DNA of 52,377 nucleotides from a virus, in the IMG/VR virus record IMGVR_UViG_3300024239_000355, positions 1-52,377 of that record. One strand, written 5' to 3'. The notes under the pieces are model-generated. The model was given only the letters and a program-made list of their open reading frames with translations, was not told the origin of the DNA and made no database searches. Positions 1 through 9,287 of the stretch are shown piece by piece (position 1 is the first letter of the stretch; each line of letters opens with the position of its first letter). The position numbers and the translations under genes were made by a program.

Positions 1-336
1 TCATAATCGCGTTCGGCGCTTCTCCATGTCGGCTCGCATGTTGTCGTACATCTGCCGGTTTTTCTCTGCTGCTTTCTTCGCAGCCGTAATGGCTTCGTCC
101 AGATCATCCCACCGACATTCTACCAAGAATTCATCGGTGCGGCTGGATGGGAGACTTTCATACACCCATTCACCATCTTTGGTCAAACAGTTTCCGTTCT
201 TACAGATCGCCCAGCGATGTGGTCCAACATTACGTGCCCGAGCTTCAACCGTGATCTGGTCATAGCCCGTATAAGGGTCGCGCCACTGAACCATGAACGT
301 GGTAGCAAATGCGAGAAGTTCAGTCGTGTTCATCAA
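1..336 (-). CDS. hypothetical phage protein
   Basis: Open 111-aa ORF overlapping the upstream ORF end; no motif recognised. Confidence 0.7.
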   Translation of the reverse strand: MMNTTELLAFATTFMVQWRDPYTGYDQITVEARARNVGPHRWAICKNGNCLTKDGEWVYESLPSSRTDEFLVECRWDDLDEAITAAKKAAEKNRQMYDNMRADMEKRRTRL

Positions 337-655
337 GCCCGAGTTCCTTCGTAATAGATGCTTCGTATTCGTCCAGCATAGCTATGTATTCTGCGAGACT
401 TTTTTCGGTGGAAAAATCCCGGAATTTTTGGATTTCTTCTTCGCTGGCATTGTTCATGCGCATGGCGGTGACCACGCTTTCACACCCCGCATCCGCTTCT
501 AGACGGGCTTTCTCGATCAAGCGACGCTTGGTCTTCCCTAATACATCGCGGTAAAGCGGCACAAGATGCGGATTGTCCTGGCACAGTAGACGGGCAGTCA
601 GTGCCGCTACTGAGTAGGTCATCATGTTGAAGCTGTATGTGGAACTTTCGCTCAT
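320..655 (-). CDS. hypothetical protein
   Basis: 111-aa ORF, helical composition. Confidence 0.65.
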   Translation of the reverse strand: MSESSTYSFNMMTYSVAALTARLLCQDNPHLVPLYRDVLGKTKRRLIEKARLEADAGCESVVTAMRMNNASEEEIQKFRDFSTEKSLAEYIAMLDEYEASITKELGLDEHD

Positions 656-981
656 GGCGCCCTATGTCAAGAGGCGCCCCGAAGGGCGCCCCCGTTGCTA
701 TATTGGCAGATAAGACAGAAAAATGCCGAATTGGAGCCACCTGACGAAGTTCGGCGCTACGGGGTGTTTTGGACGCCAAAACAACCAAATCCACGAGAAA
801 AGCATTACGGTAGCTCTCCTAATACCGCGCGAGAGGCTAAAAAGCCTGTTTACACTCGATTGGCTCACGTCAATCCTGCCTGTCCCGGCAGCCCGGCTGT
901 TTCAAGGTTCGCACGGGTGGCTAATCCCGAGTGATTTGAAACGATGTGTGATCTTATTTAGTCGGACGGAATTCCGTCAAT

Positions 982-1011
982 AAAAAAGGCTCTCCGAAGA
1001 GAGCCTTTTTT
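982..1011. terminator. bidirectional intrinsic terminator
   Basis: AAAAAAGGCTCTC-CGAA-GAGAGCCTTTTTT; similar hairpins near 3470, 4525, 16485, 17240, 20875, 21820, 26390, 28160, 29350, 35590, 38895 and 41075. Confidence 0.85.
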
Positions 1012-1026
1012 ATCCTTGGTGGAAGC

Positions 1027-2319
1027 TTAGTTGATCTTCCACTCGGTCACGGTGTTCTGCTGGGCGGGAGCCGCCGGGGCAGCTACCGGGGTGGCAGCAG
1101 GGGTCGAAGACGTATCCTCGGTGATCTCCATGGCACCCGCACCCTCGTCGCCCTCGGCGGGATTGAAGGCATTGGTGTCTTCGGTAATCACCATTTTCTG
1201 CCCGTCTTCGTTGGTGATTTGCCATTCCGTCTCACTGACCTGTTCGACCACGGCATTGGCGGGGACCATGTTTTCGATGATCTGACCGTTGGTGTCGGGG
1301 ACCAGCACCGCGATCTGACCGGACGGGGTACGGGAAACCTGGGTGCCGTAGGGGGCGACGATCACCGGGGGTGCCGGTTGGTTGGCGATTTGCTGGGCAT
1401 GCACCGGGTCGGGGATCATGGCATCAGCAACCATCATACCTGCCACGCCCCCGGCGGCACCCGTGAAGAAGGTGGACATCGCGGACGGGGCAACGACCGG
1501 ACCATAGGCACTGTCGCCATAACCGTAGTGACCGTATCCAGGGCGATAACTGTAGCCGGGACGGTGGGTCCATACGTTCGGGTTGCTCTCAACCCACACA
1601 CGGCTGTTACGACGTGCGGTCCAGGCGTCGTATTCGGAATTGTTGGCACGGGCACGCTGGTATCGGGCATCCGACAGGGCGGAATTGCGCTGTTGACGCA
1701 GGTTGGCGATCTGCGCCTTGTTGTTGGCGAGTTCGGTCTTCTTGTTCTTATTGGCAGCCTGCTGCTTGACGATTTCGGCGCGTTGCCGATCCATCTTTGC
1801 CTTCATTTCCGCGATCTGGCGATCCTTATCCGCCAGCTTCGATGCAGTCGCCTGCTGCGTTGCCTTCGCTTCTTGCATGGAAGGCTTCTTCACCGGGGCA
1901 CAGCCACCGTTCTGGAACACCTGACCCTGCGCACAGCGAACCTGCTGTTTCTCGGGCTTGGCGCCGGTACCCTGCGTGCCGTACTTGTTGTCGGTATTCT
2001 GGCTGAATGCACCGAAGCCGGTTTTCGGCTTCTCGGGCTGGGCAGTGGGCGCCTGCTTCATTTGATCAGCACGTTGGCTCATGGCGTTGAAACCAGTGAC
2101 CGGCTGACCCACGGATTTCGGCGGCATGACTTGGGCGGGCGTCGGCTTGGGGGTAACGATAGCCGGGGCGGATCGCCGCGTCTCCACCTTCAACGGGGTT
2201 GATTTGGACACCGGGACGGAAGACTTCGAGTTGGAAGAAGTATTACCGGCGGCTTCCGCCATTACGGGTGCCAGCGCCACTGCGAGAGCAACCGCCCAGA
2301 GAATGGACTTGCGCATCAT
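1027..2319 (-). CDS. exported coiled-coil protein with signal peptide
   Basis: N-terminal signal peptide ending AEA, low-complexity linker, coiled coil, Gly-rich hydrophobic segment; sigma70-like TTGACA..TATAAC upstream. Confidence 0.8.
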   Translation of the reverse strand: MMRKSILWAVALAVALAPVMAEAAGNTSSNSKSSVPVSKSTPLKVETRRSAPAIVTPKPTPAQVMPPKSVGQPVTGFNAMSQRADQMKQAPTAQPEKPKTGFGAFSQNTDNKYGTQGTGAKPEKQQVRCAQGQVFQNGGCAPVKKPSMQEAKATQQATASKLADKDRQIAEMKAKMDRQRAEIVKQQAANKNKKTELANNKAQIANLRQQRNSALSDARYQRARANNSEYDAWTARRNSRVWVESNPNVWTHRPGYSYRPGYGHYGYGDSAYGPVVAPSAMSTFFTGAAGGVAGMMVADAMIPDPVHAQQIANQPAPPVIVAPYGTQVSRTPSGQIAVLVPDTNGQIIENMVPANAVVEQVSETEWQITNEDGQKMVITEDTNAFNPAEGDEGAGAMEITEDTSSTPAATPVAAPAAPAQQNTVTEWKIN

Positions 2320-2399
2320 TGGAAAGAGCCTCCAAGCTCAGCAATTATTGAGGCTGTTATACCATCCTGACGCGCAATGTCAATAGGTGGTTGTGGTTT

Positions 2400-2849
2400 C
2401 TATTCCACAGAATTCCATGTTCTACCAATTGTAATATGGTATTTCCAATTAGCAGGTTTGTCGAATTCCTCGCGGATACGGGACAGGAATGGGCATTCCA
2501 CGTCAACGAAGAAGTAATTGTCCGGGCGATCATTCCCCGTGGTATCACCAGATCGTCGGATTTCGTGGCTATAGTGAAATTCTATCTCCATGCCGTGGTA
2601 CTTACGCCACAGATGCATGAGATCGTCTCGTGGAATTTCACCGCGAATGACAGAAATGTGCGAATCCCATGAGGGATTGCACAAATCAAGCCGGGTTTCG
2701 CCAAACCATGTTGGATTTTGGTTTGCCCAGTACCGATAGTATCGCGTGATTTCGCGGTCAATGTCCACAATGCACCACCAATCAACCTTTCGCTTTAAGC
2801 GTGGTCGGGGTGGATCGTAGATTATGATTCCTTTTCCTTTGTGCCACAT
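2400..2849 (-). CDS. 2H phosphoesterase-like protein
   Basis: Two Hx[S/T] motifs: SHISVI and YHITIG. Confidence 0.6.
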   Translation of the reverse strand: MWHKGKGIIIYDPPRPRLKRKVDWWCIVDIDREITRYYRYWANQNPTWFGETRLDLCNPSWDSHISVIRGEIPRDDLMHLWRKYHGMEIEFHYSHEIRRSGDTTGNDRPDNYFFVDVECPFLSRIREEFDKPANWKYHITIGRTWNSVE

Positions 2850-2892
2850 GTGACCTGATATATTAGGTCACTATTGCTGAAGCAATTTTCTT

Positions 2893-3432
2893 TTAATCCA
2901 ACTCATGTTGTTTGCGTAATGCAGTCATCGGACCTTCGGTTTTTCTGGGATGATTCTCACGGTTATGCATGGAGGGCGGGTTTGACTTACCGCGATGATA
3001 CCCGAGCGGGTGTTCAAGTTCCCCATGAAGTAATGATACTACTTCCCAATCATCGAGATTTGTGAGAATTTTAATGGCGTTTGCACTAATACGACTGTAG
3101 TCCTTGAGGTACTTCAATGCATGTGTAAAGCGTGGATATGGTAATGGGCGCCCGCCTCGTTGTGACCGGACAACGGCGATGATTTTATCTTCGAACGCGC
3201 GTTGTTGTTGGTCAACGTCACGGTTGTAGATTCGTTTTTCCTTACGCACGTATGCATCAGGACGAATTTTCAAGCGGATTGTGCCGTTGATGTCATCGAG
3301 AGTGAAATCAAGCCATATATTGAATGTCTGTTCGTCCACCGTTATGCGAGCGGACGATAATTCGCGTAGACGACGGATTGTATCCCAGATGTCGTCTTGG
3401 GTGGCTTCTAAAATGATCTCGGCATAACGCAT
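2893..3432 (-). CDS. late protein with MRxxEI leader, unknown cargo
   Basis: Starts MRYAEIILE; TATAAATA at 3458-3465. Confidence 0.7.
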   Translation of the reverse strand: MRYAEIILEATQDDIWDTIRRLRELSSARITVDEQTFNIWLDFTLDDINGTIRLKIRPDAYVRKEKRIYNRDVDQQQRAFEDKIIAVVRSQRGGRPLPYPRFTHALKYLKDYSRISANAIKILTNLDDWEVVSLLHGELEHPLGYHRGKSNPPSMHNRENHPRKTEGPMTALRKQHELD

Positions 3433-3457
3433 ATAAACACTCCGATTTGATACGAAG

Positions 3458-3465
3458 TATTTATA
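3458..3465 (-). promoter_or_regulatory. T4-type late promoter TATAAATA
   Basis: Exact match upstream of 3432; TAAATA cores also at 5865, 8093, 9285, 13477, 16757, 29336, 37996, 38877, 46960 and 51799. Confidence 0.7.
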
Positions 3466-3512
3466 TGAAAAAGCCCCGCACAGTGTGCGGGGCTTTTGTT
3501 GATGGTTTTGTT

Positions 3513-4097
3513 TTAGGCGGCGTCCTCGTCCGGGTCATCCCCGTAGGGACGGGCAGGCGTCGGACCACGCTGTTGGCGAGCGATTTGGTTTTGCAAGCTG
3601 TCCAGTTCGATAAACATGTCCGCCTGACGGCGCAATTCATCAGCCACCATGGGAGGCTGCGAACGCACGGTTGAAACCACAGACACTCGGCAACCCTTGC
3701 GCTGGACAGCCTCGACCAAACGGCGGAAATCGCCGTCGCCCGAGAAGATCACGATGTGATCGAGGTGCTGGGACATTTCCATCACGTCGATGGCGAGTTC
3801 GATGTCCATGTTGCCCTTGATCTTACGCCGCCCCATGGCATCGGTGAATTCCTTGGTCGGCTTGGTGACCATGGTGTACCCGTTGTAATCGAGCCAGTCC
3901 ACCAGGGGACGGATCGGGCTGTATTCCTGATCTTCGATCAGAGCGGTGTAATAGAAGGCGCGGACAAGATGCCCCTGCTTGGCAAAAAATGCCAGCAACT
4001 TCTTGTAGTCGATGTCGAAGTTCAACGCCTTGGCGGCTGCGTACAGGTTGGACCCATCGATGAACAAACCAATACGTTCGGTCGGATAAAAATTCAT
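3513..4097 (-). CDS. NYN domain (LabA/DUF88, PIN fold) protein
   Basis: FIDGSNLY, KGNMDIELAID and SGDGDF motifs. Confidence 0.9.
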   Translation of the reverse strand: MNFYPTERIGLFIDGSNLYAAAKALNFDIDYKKLLAFFAKQGHLVRAFYYTALIEDQEYSPIRPLVDWLDYNGYTMVTKPTKEFTDAMGRRKIKGNMDIELAIDVMEMSQHLDHIVIFSGDGDFRRLVEAVQRKGCRVSVVSTVRSQPPMVADELRRQADMFIELDSLQNQIARQQRGPTPARPYGDDPDEDAA

Positions 4098-4199
4098 TGG
4101 TAGCCTCGTACCAGAGGTTTCGATACGTGTACTATACACGCTGAGATTATAACGTCAAGTACAATCAGAAGCCGAAATGTGTCAAAACAATGCAAACGG

Positions 4200-4481
4200 T
4201 CATTTAATCATGAAACGTCGGAAATGCACCTTCTGAAAATCCCATTCCACTCCAACCACAACTGCACCGGCTAACCCCTTCAAAAGGTTGATAATTTTCT
4301 CAAGTTTCGTATTTCTTTCTGGAAAAAAGAACCGTTCCCTGGTGGTGTTGGTTGATATTACAAGATGAAATCCAGTGTGGTCTTGAAGCAACACCACGCG
4401 AAGCAGGGCACGCTCAATTAGCGTGAGTGTTCCTTGAATAATCGAATCACGAACCAGTGTGTGAAAATATGATGCGCCCAT
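4200..4481 (-). CDS. hypothetical protein
   Basis: 93-aa ORF only. Confidence 0.45.
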   Translation of the reverse strand: MGASYFHTLVRDSIIQGTLTLIERALLRVVLLQDHTGFHLVISTNTTRERFFFPERNTKLEKIINLLKGLAGAVVVGVEWDFQKVHFRRFMIK

Positions 4482-4550
4482 ATGACTGATATAAATTAGG
4501 GTGTTTTGAAGGTCAACAAACGAAAAGGGCGGGTTTCCCCGCCCTCCCGA

Positions 4551-4814
4551 TTACCATTCAAACCCGAAGTCTTTCCGACGAATTTTTGCCATCCGTCCAT
4601 CCGGGTGATGAAAAACAAGACCTTCGACGCGATTGTTCGATAACCAGTCCTTAATGGCGGCAAACGAACGTTCCACCTCTACCGTCTCACATCCGTGCCG
4701 AAGAAGCATATGCCTGTCCAGCCCGAGCGTATTACCCTGAATACGGGGTCCAACGAGTTCGAAGGTAGCCCCTTCGACCATGCTACTTACTACAACAACC
4801 GCAATTTTATGCAT
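4551..4814 (-). pseudogene. C-terminal part of an RNA-ligase-like protein, possibly truncated
   Basis: FELVGPRIQGN and EGLVFHHPDGRMAKIRRKDFG nucleotidyltransferase-like motifs; no KxDG motif in frame. Confidence 0.45.
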
Positions 4815-4864
4815 CGGGTTAATAGGACGCGGATCATCATATCCTTATGGCGATTGGGATCACC

Positions 4865-5737
4865 TCACAGTTTTACGTGAATTGGTTTATTTACAGTGCA
4901 TCCAGATGCCCGTATATGTCCACCACCGCCATTAATCTTAGCGATTTCCGACACGTCTACCCCATCACTATTTGAACGGAACGAATACTGCCAGCGACCA
5001 TCGGCAAGTTGAGCGAATGTTGCGGCAAATGGGTACCCTTCACATAGTTTATTACCAAGGTCTGATGCGAAAAAGTTTGGTGCATTGCATACGGGAACAC
5101 GATACCCATTGATCATTGCCATAAATCGGTTCTCGTATAGATCGTCAACCTTTAATGCATTAAAGCGTCCGATGGCGTCACCTTCTTTGCGTAGTTTCTC
5201 TAACCCGCGCTTCGACAAAAACCGCTTCCATACCTCGAACCGATATGGGTGAGAACGTAGACCCATGGTTATTTCACGGGTCTGATCGAGTTCAAACCTC
5301 CACAAGTCAATATCCTGAATGTGATGAAACAACCGGGGGCAATCTTCTTCGTTATGCCAGTATAGCCATGCCATCATGGCACCCGACTGGTTCATATTGA
5401 ATAAAACCGTAAGATTGCCTTCGGTAGCACCAAACACGTCGGTCGAACCGTCGCTGTATTCTAGCATGGTAGAACGGTGGTGATCGATGATTATAACGCT
5501 TTGGGCAGTCTTTGCCATTTCTTCGACTAGTGGGCGCCGGTAAGCGAAATCTGCCATAAACACGTGGCGCCCGCTTACATCCGGGGGTAGTTCGTGGCGC
5601 ACACCGGGGTAGTATTCAAATTTGTTTCCGTGTTTGAGATAAAAGGACAGGGCAGCGCCCATTCCATCAATACACCCGCCGTCAAAAATCAATAGGGGTT
5701 TCGCGCTTCCTTTTTTATACGTATTCGGTCCTAGCAT
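4865..5737 (-). CDS. DHH/DHHA1 phosphoesterase
   Basis: CIDG, ADF, IIDHH and GGGGHIRASG motifs. Confidence 0.9.
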   Translation of the reverse strand: MLGPNTYKKGSAKPLLIFDGGCIDGMGAALSFYLKHGNKFEYYPGVRHELPPDVSGRHVFMADFAYRRPLVEEMAKTAQSVIIIDHHRSTMLEYSDGSTDVFGATEGNLTVLFNMNQSGAMMAWLYWHNEEDCPRLFHHIQDIDLWRFELDQTREITMGLRSHPYRFEVWKRFLSKRGLEKLRKEGDAIGRFNALKVDDLYENRFMAMINGYRVPVCNAPNFFASDLGNKLCEGYPFAATFAQLADGRWQYSFRSNSDGVDVSEIAKINGGGGHIRASGCTVNKPIHVKL

Positions 5738-5875
5738 AATTTTCTCAAGGTGTCATTGTTCAGTTCAGTAATATACACTACGCATTTTAACCTTCATAAT
5801 TTATTGTTTGTGCCAGACAACGGACCCATGTTTGTTGGTGTAATGCCAAAAATAGTTTGTGTCCTAAATACCTGT

Positions 5876-6673
5876 ATGAGTGCAGAAGAAATACGCCGAC
5901 TAATCACCCTACTTGAAACCCCAGAGGCGTACCACGGCACGCCTTATGACATTGACCGTTTCTCCACCGATAAGATCGGGACGGGGGAAGGCGCCCAGGT
6001 GTATGGGTGGGGGTTGTATTTCGCATCATCGGATGACGTTGCGCTCTGGTATCGGGACAAATTGACTGATTTTGATGAAGAAATGCGGACTGACGCCAAA
6101 GCTGTTAATTTCAACGGAAAGATTATTCCCACCAGTACACCGTCCAATAAATTGTCACCTATTGAGCGTGCTGCGCTTGATTATTTCTATTCTGGAAATG
6201 ATCTACATACTGCAATTACCGATCTGAAGCATAGTCTTCAATACATGAAACCAAATGGCGAAGCGTATAAAATGGACCTCGAAACATTACAAGCCCTTGA
6301 GGACGGTAAAGAAAGCGGTGTGTTCTTTGGAAAGGTAAAACCGGCTCGGGGTAATTTCTACAAGGTCAACATCATTCCGACAGACGAAAAATTCTTGTTG
6401 TGGGATGTTTCGCTGTCACAACAGACCCCATACGTCAAGCAATGCTTAGCTAAAATGGGCGTTGAATTGACCAACGAGATCGCAGGCGGTGCCGCTTTCT
6501 ATAAGCGGATGGCTGTCAAGCTTGGATCAGCAAAAGCCGCCTCCCTGGAACTACTGAAACACGGTATTCATGGAAATAGATACCTTGATGGGTCAAGTCG
6601 TCGCCGTGGTGAAGGCTCGTACAATTACGTTGTATTTGATGATAAAGACGTAGAGAAGGTTGCCGACGAATGA
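5876..6673 (+). CDS. ADP-ribosyltransferase-like (polyvalent-protein type) domain protein
   Basis: AYHGT...IGTGEGAQVYGWGLYF...NYVVFD; start placed 5 nt after TAAATA. Confidence 0.7.
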   Translation: MSAEEIRRLITLLETPEAYHGTPYDIDRFSTDKIGTGEGAQVYGWGLYFASSDDVALWYRDKLTDFDEEMRTDAKAVNFNGKIIPTSTPSNKLSPIERAALDYFYSGNDLHTAITDLKHSLQYMKPNGEAYKMDLETLQALEDGKESGVFFGKVKPARGNFYKVNIIPTDEKFLLWDVSLSQQTPYVKQCLAKMGVELTNEIAGGAAFYKRMAVKLGSAKAASLELLKHGIHGNRYLDGSSRRRGEGSYNYVVFDDKDVEKVADE

Positions 6674-7491
6674 GAATACGTGAAATCCTCAAAGAGTTGG
6701 CCGCCCATCCACGGGGTGCATCCAAATTCCAGAGCAAGGGATTTACATTCTACATCAGCCATCGGGTAGAAGGTGGGATGGTGCAATGTTCTGCATATGT
6801 CGCCGCACGACATCCGTTCGAACCCATCCGCGAGAAAGTGGCGGTGGTAAGTGCGTCAATCATTGATCGAACTGATACTGACCGGCGTAACAACATCCGG
6901 GTCGTGAGTTCCAAGAGTGTTGTGGACGCACCGTACCGGCGTATGGGTTTGCTCAATGCCATGTATGACCATTTGACCAATCATGGTTACGTCGTCTATC
7001 CAGCAGACCGGAGTATCGGGAACGATAGCGACAAGGTGCTTCAAGCACAGTCGGACGACGCAAAGGCATTCTGGGCAGCCCGTGATAAACGCACGACCGA
7101 AACGCGCCTGACCCCGGTCACGTCCGATGCTGAACTATACGGCTGGCGCGAATTCAACCCGTTCTCCGACGCCGATGAAGTATTGGGGATGCCAGTTATT
7201 GCCAAGCGCAAAGCCCCCGGATACCAGAACTCGATGCTCGTTCTCTGGTCCAAGACCTTTACGCAAGGCGAACAGGCGGTCGGCGTCATCTATGGCGAAC
7301 GGGGGTATCGCGTCGCAGTGTTTGTGTCCGATCCTCGCATAGGGGAAGAGGTTGATTTACCATACATTCGTGATGGGCACGTCAAATACTACTACCAATG
7401 GTTTGCGAGCAAGGTGAAGGCGTCCACAACGAAGATCGCCCTCGACCTTGACCAAAAACTCCGCAACGCCGAAATCGAAGCTAAAAGTTAA
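6670..7491 (+). CDS. MRIREIL-leader protein with GNAT-like domain
   Basis: VDAPYRRMGLLNAMYD acetyl-CoA-binding motif and QSDDAKAFW. Confidence 0.65.
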   Translation: MRIREILKELAAHPRGASKFQSKGFTFYISHRVEGGMVQCSAYVAARHPFEPIREKVAVVSASIIDRTDTDRRNNIRVVSSKSVVDAPYRRMGLLNAMYDHLTNHGYVVYPADRSIGNDSDKVLQAQSDDAKAFWAARDKRTTETRLTPVTSDAELYGWREFNPFSDADEVLGMPVIAKRKAPGYQNSMLVLWSKTFTQGEQAVGVIYGERGYRVAVFVSDPRIGEEVDLPYIRDGHVKYYYQWFASKVKASTTKIALDLDQKLRNAEIEAKS

Positions 7492-8047
7492 GTTTCGCCA
7501 GTAACGCTTTCATGGCGTCTATATCCGAACTACCAACGTTCTGCCCGGCAAAGCTTTCTGGTTGGATTTGCTTTTCGTCCAGCCAATAGCGGTGATACGC
7601 GACCAATTCTCCATTACAGCCGAGCAGATCATCCGCGAAGCCGATGATGAGGGTGTTGGGGTTCATGTGAGGGCGAATACTAAAGGCGTGATCATACGCA
7701 TCTGGGACGCTCATCCCATGTTGGATAAGAACTGCGATTGCAGTAGCGGTGCTGCGGCTGATTCCGGCATGGCAATGAATTAGAACGTGGTCATCGTCGG
7801 TGAATGTCTTGCTGAATTCGAGGATGCGTTCGAGGTTATCGCTGGCTGGCACTTTGTATTGGATCGTCAAATCCAACGACATTTCATCGGCCATGATGTC
7901 GTGGCATTTTTCAACGTGGTAGGGGATGGGGAGCGGCGGAACATTCGTATTGGGATCGACAATCCCAATCATCTTGGTCATTTGCGGTGCAAAGAAGTGG
8001 GCTTCCACCAAGCCGGTGATTTTGAGTTGAAACATAATAGTCCTCAC
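7481..8047 (-). CDS. protein tyrosine/dual-specificity phosphatase-like protein
   Basis: IHCHAGISRS (CX5R) P-loop and PN motif. Confidence 0.85.
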   Translation of the reverse strand: MRTIMFQLKITGLVEAHFFAPQMTKMIGIVDPNTNVPPLPIPYHVEKCHDIMADEMSLDLTIQYKVPASDNLERILEFSKTFTDDDHVLIHCHAGISRSTATAIAVLIQHGMSVPDAYDHAFSIRPHMNPNTLIIGFADDLLGCNGELVAYHRYWLDEKQIQPESFAGQNVGSSDIDAMKALLAKLNF

Positions 8048-8119
8048 GGTGTGAAGTGTTGTGTGAGGACTATTTATAAGCGTAGTTTTCGCTAAATATT
8101 TCCCGGAGGATTTATCATC

Positions 8120-8698
8120 ATGACCGCATCTGATCTACGTCGAACCATGAACCTGCTGGAAGAAACAACCCATCCCCGATTCAATGATGCTTTTCGCCTT
8201 TGGTTTGGTACAAGTAAGGCGGTAGATCGGGATGGTACTCCCCTGGTTTTCTATCATGGTACCCAGCGGGATATCCGGCGGTTTGAGCGTCGATCCGAGA
8301 GCCATGACGCTGGCATTTTTTTCACTCGCAATACTGAATATGCGGGTGGTTATGCGACCAATTTCGCGCAACATACTGGAAGGGAAGTTCCCGAGGGCGC
8401 GAATATAGTGCCATGTTATTTGCGGATAACAAACCCCTTCTACACCTTGACTAAACCAACCGATATTGAATTGAAACTAGGGAGCCGGGGTGCATTCACG
8501 GATGCGTGTATCGAATACTTAGAGAAGCAAGGCTACGATAGTGTGGTGTGCAGCATGACCCCATATGAAGTCCAACAGGGTTATCATTCCATTGCCGATG
8601 CCGAGGAAGTCTGTGTATTTCACCCCGGTCAAGTCAAATCGGCAATGAATAGCGGCGCCTTCGACCTTGATAATGACGATATCAGTGAGTCGTCTTAA
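8120..8698 (+). CDS. ADP-ribosyltransferase-like protein (ART-PolyVal-like)
   Basis: WFGTSKAVD..PLVFYHGT, IFFT, GYDSV, FHPGQVKS. Confidence 0.75.
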   Translation: MTASDLRRTMNLLEETTHPRFNDAFRLWFGTSKAVDRDGTPLVFYHGTQRDIRRFERRSESHDAGIFFTRNTEYAGGYATNFAQHTGREVPEGANIVPCYLRITNPFYTLTKPTDIELKLGSRGAFTDACIEYLEKQGYDSVVCSMTPYEVQQGYHSIADAEEVCVFHPGQVKSAMNSGAFDLDNDDISESS

Positions 8699-9279
8699 GA
8701 TTCCATGATGCTTGGTGCGCTAGGGTTCCATGTGCCCCGGTTGAACACCGACTTGATCTGAACGGGGCTGAAAACTGCAAACGTGGTACAGGGAACTTTT
8801 TTTGCGCTTGCGCCATCCCGCCAGTCGAATACGTTTTTGACAATCAATCCATCATAGCCTTTTTGACGGGCATAATAAACCAACTCGGGCATTTCGTAGA
8901 ATTGTCCGCGATAATAAATGTCACGCCAATTCTCCTTCTTTGCATTGACTACCAGTGGTTTTACCATCCGTAGATACACCGGAAGCACATGCCCGCCATC
9001 GCGATAGTTAACTGACCAGTCAAGTGTTTTTCTCCCCGCATATCCAGACGCATTGTCGGGGTGGTCAGTGAAGAAATGTGTATCGGTGGTTGCTCCGGGG
9101 TACATCTGGGTATTTCCAACAGCCGGATCAAAAGCGTCGAATTCGTGCGTGGTGCCATGGTAGACCATGAGGGGTCTACCAGCATCATCCACGACTTTGC
9201 TTTTCCCGAACCATACCCAGAAGGCATCGTTAAGGTTAGGGCGAGTAAATTCTTCGGTGATGATTTCCCACATACGCAT
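8695..9279 (-). CDS. ADP-ribosyltransferase-like protein (ART-PolyVal-like)
   Basis: WFGKSKVVD..PLMVYHGT, FFTD, GYDGLI, FSPVQIKS. Confidence 0.75.
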   Translation of the reverse strand: MRMWEIITEEFTRPNLNDAFWVWFGKSKVVDDAGRPLMVYHGTTHEFDAFDPAVGNTQMYPGATTDTHFFTDHPDNASGYAGRKTLDWSVNYRDGGHVLPVYLRMVKPLVVNAKKENWRDIYYRGQFYEMPELVYYARQKGYDGLIVKNVFDWRDGASAKKVPCTTFAVFSPVQIKSVFNRGTWNPSAPSIMES

Positions 9280-9287
9280 GTTGGTAT

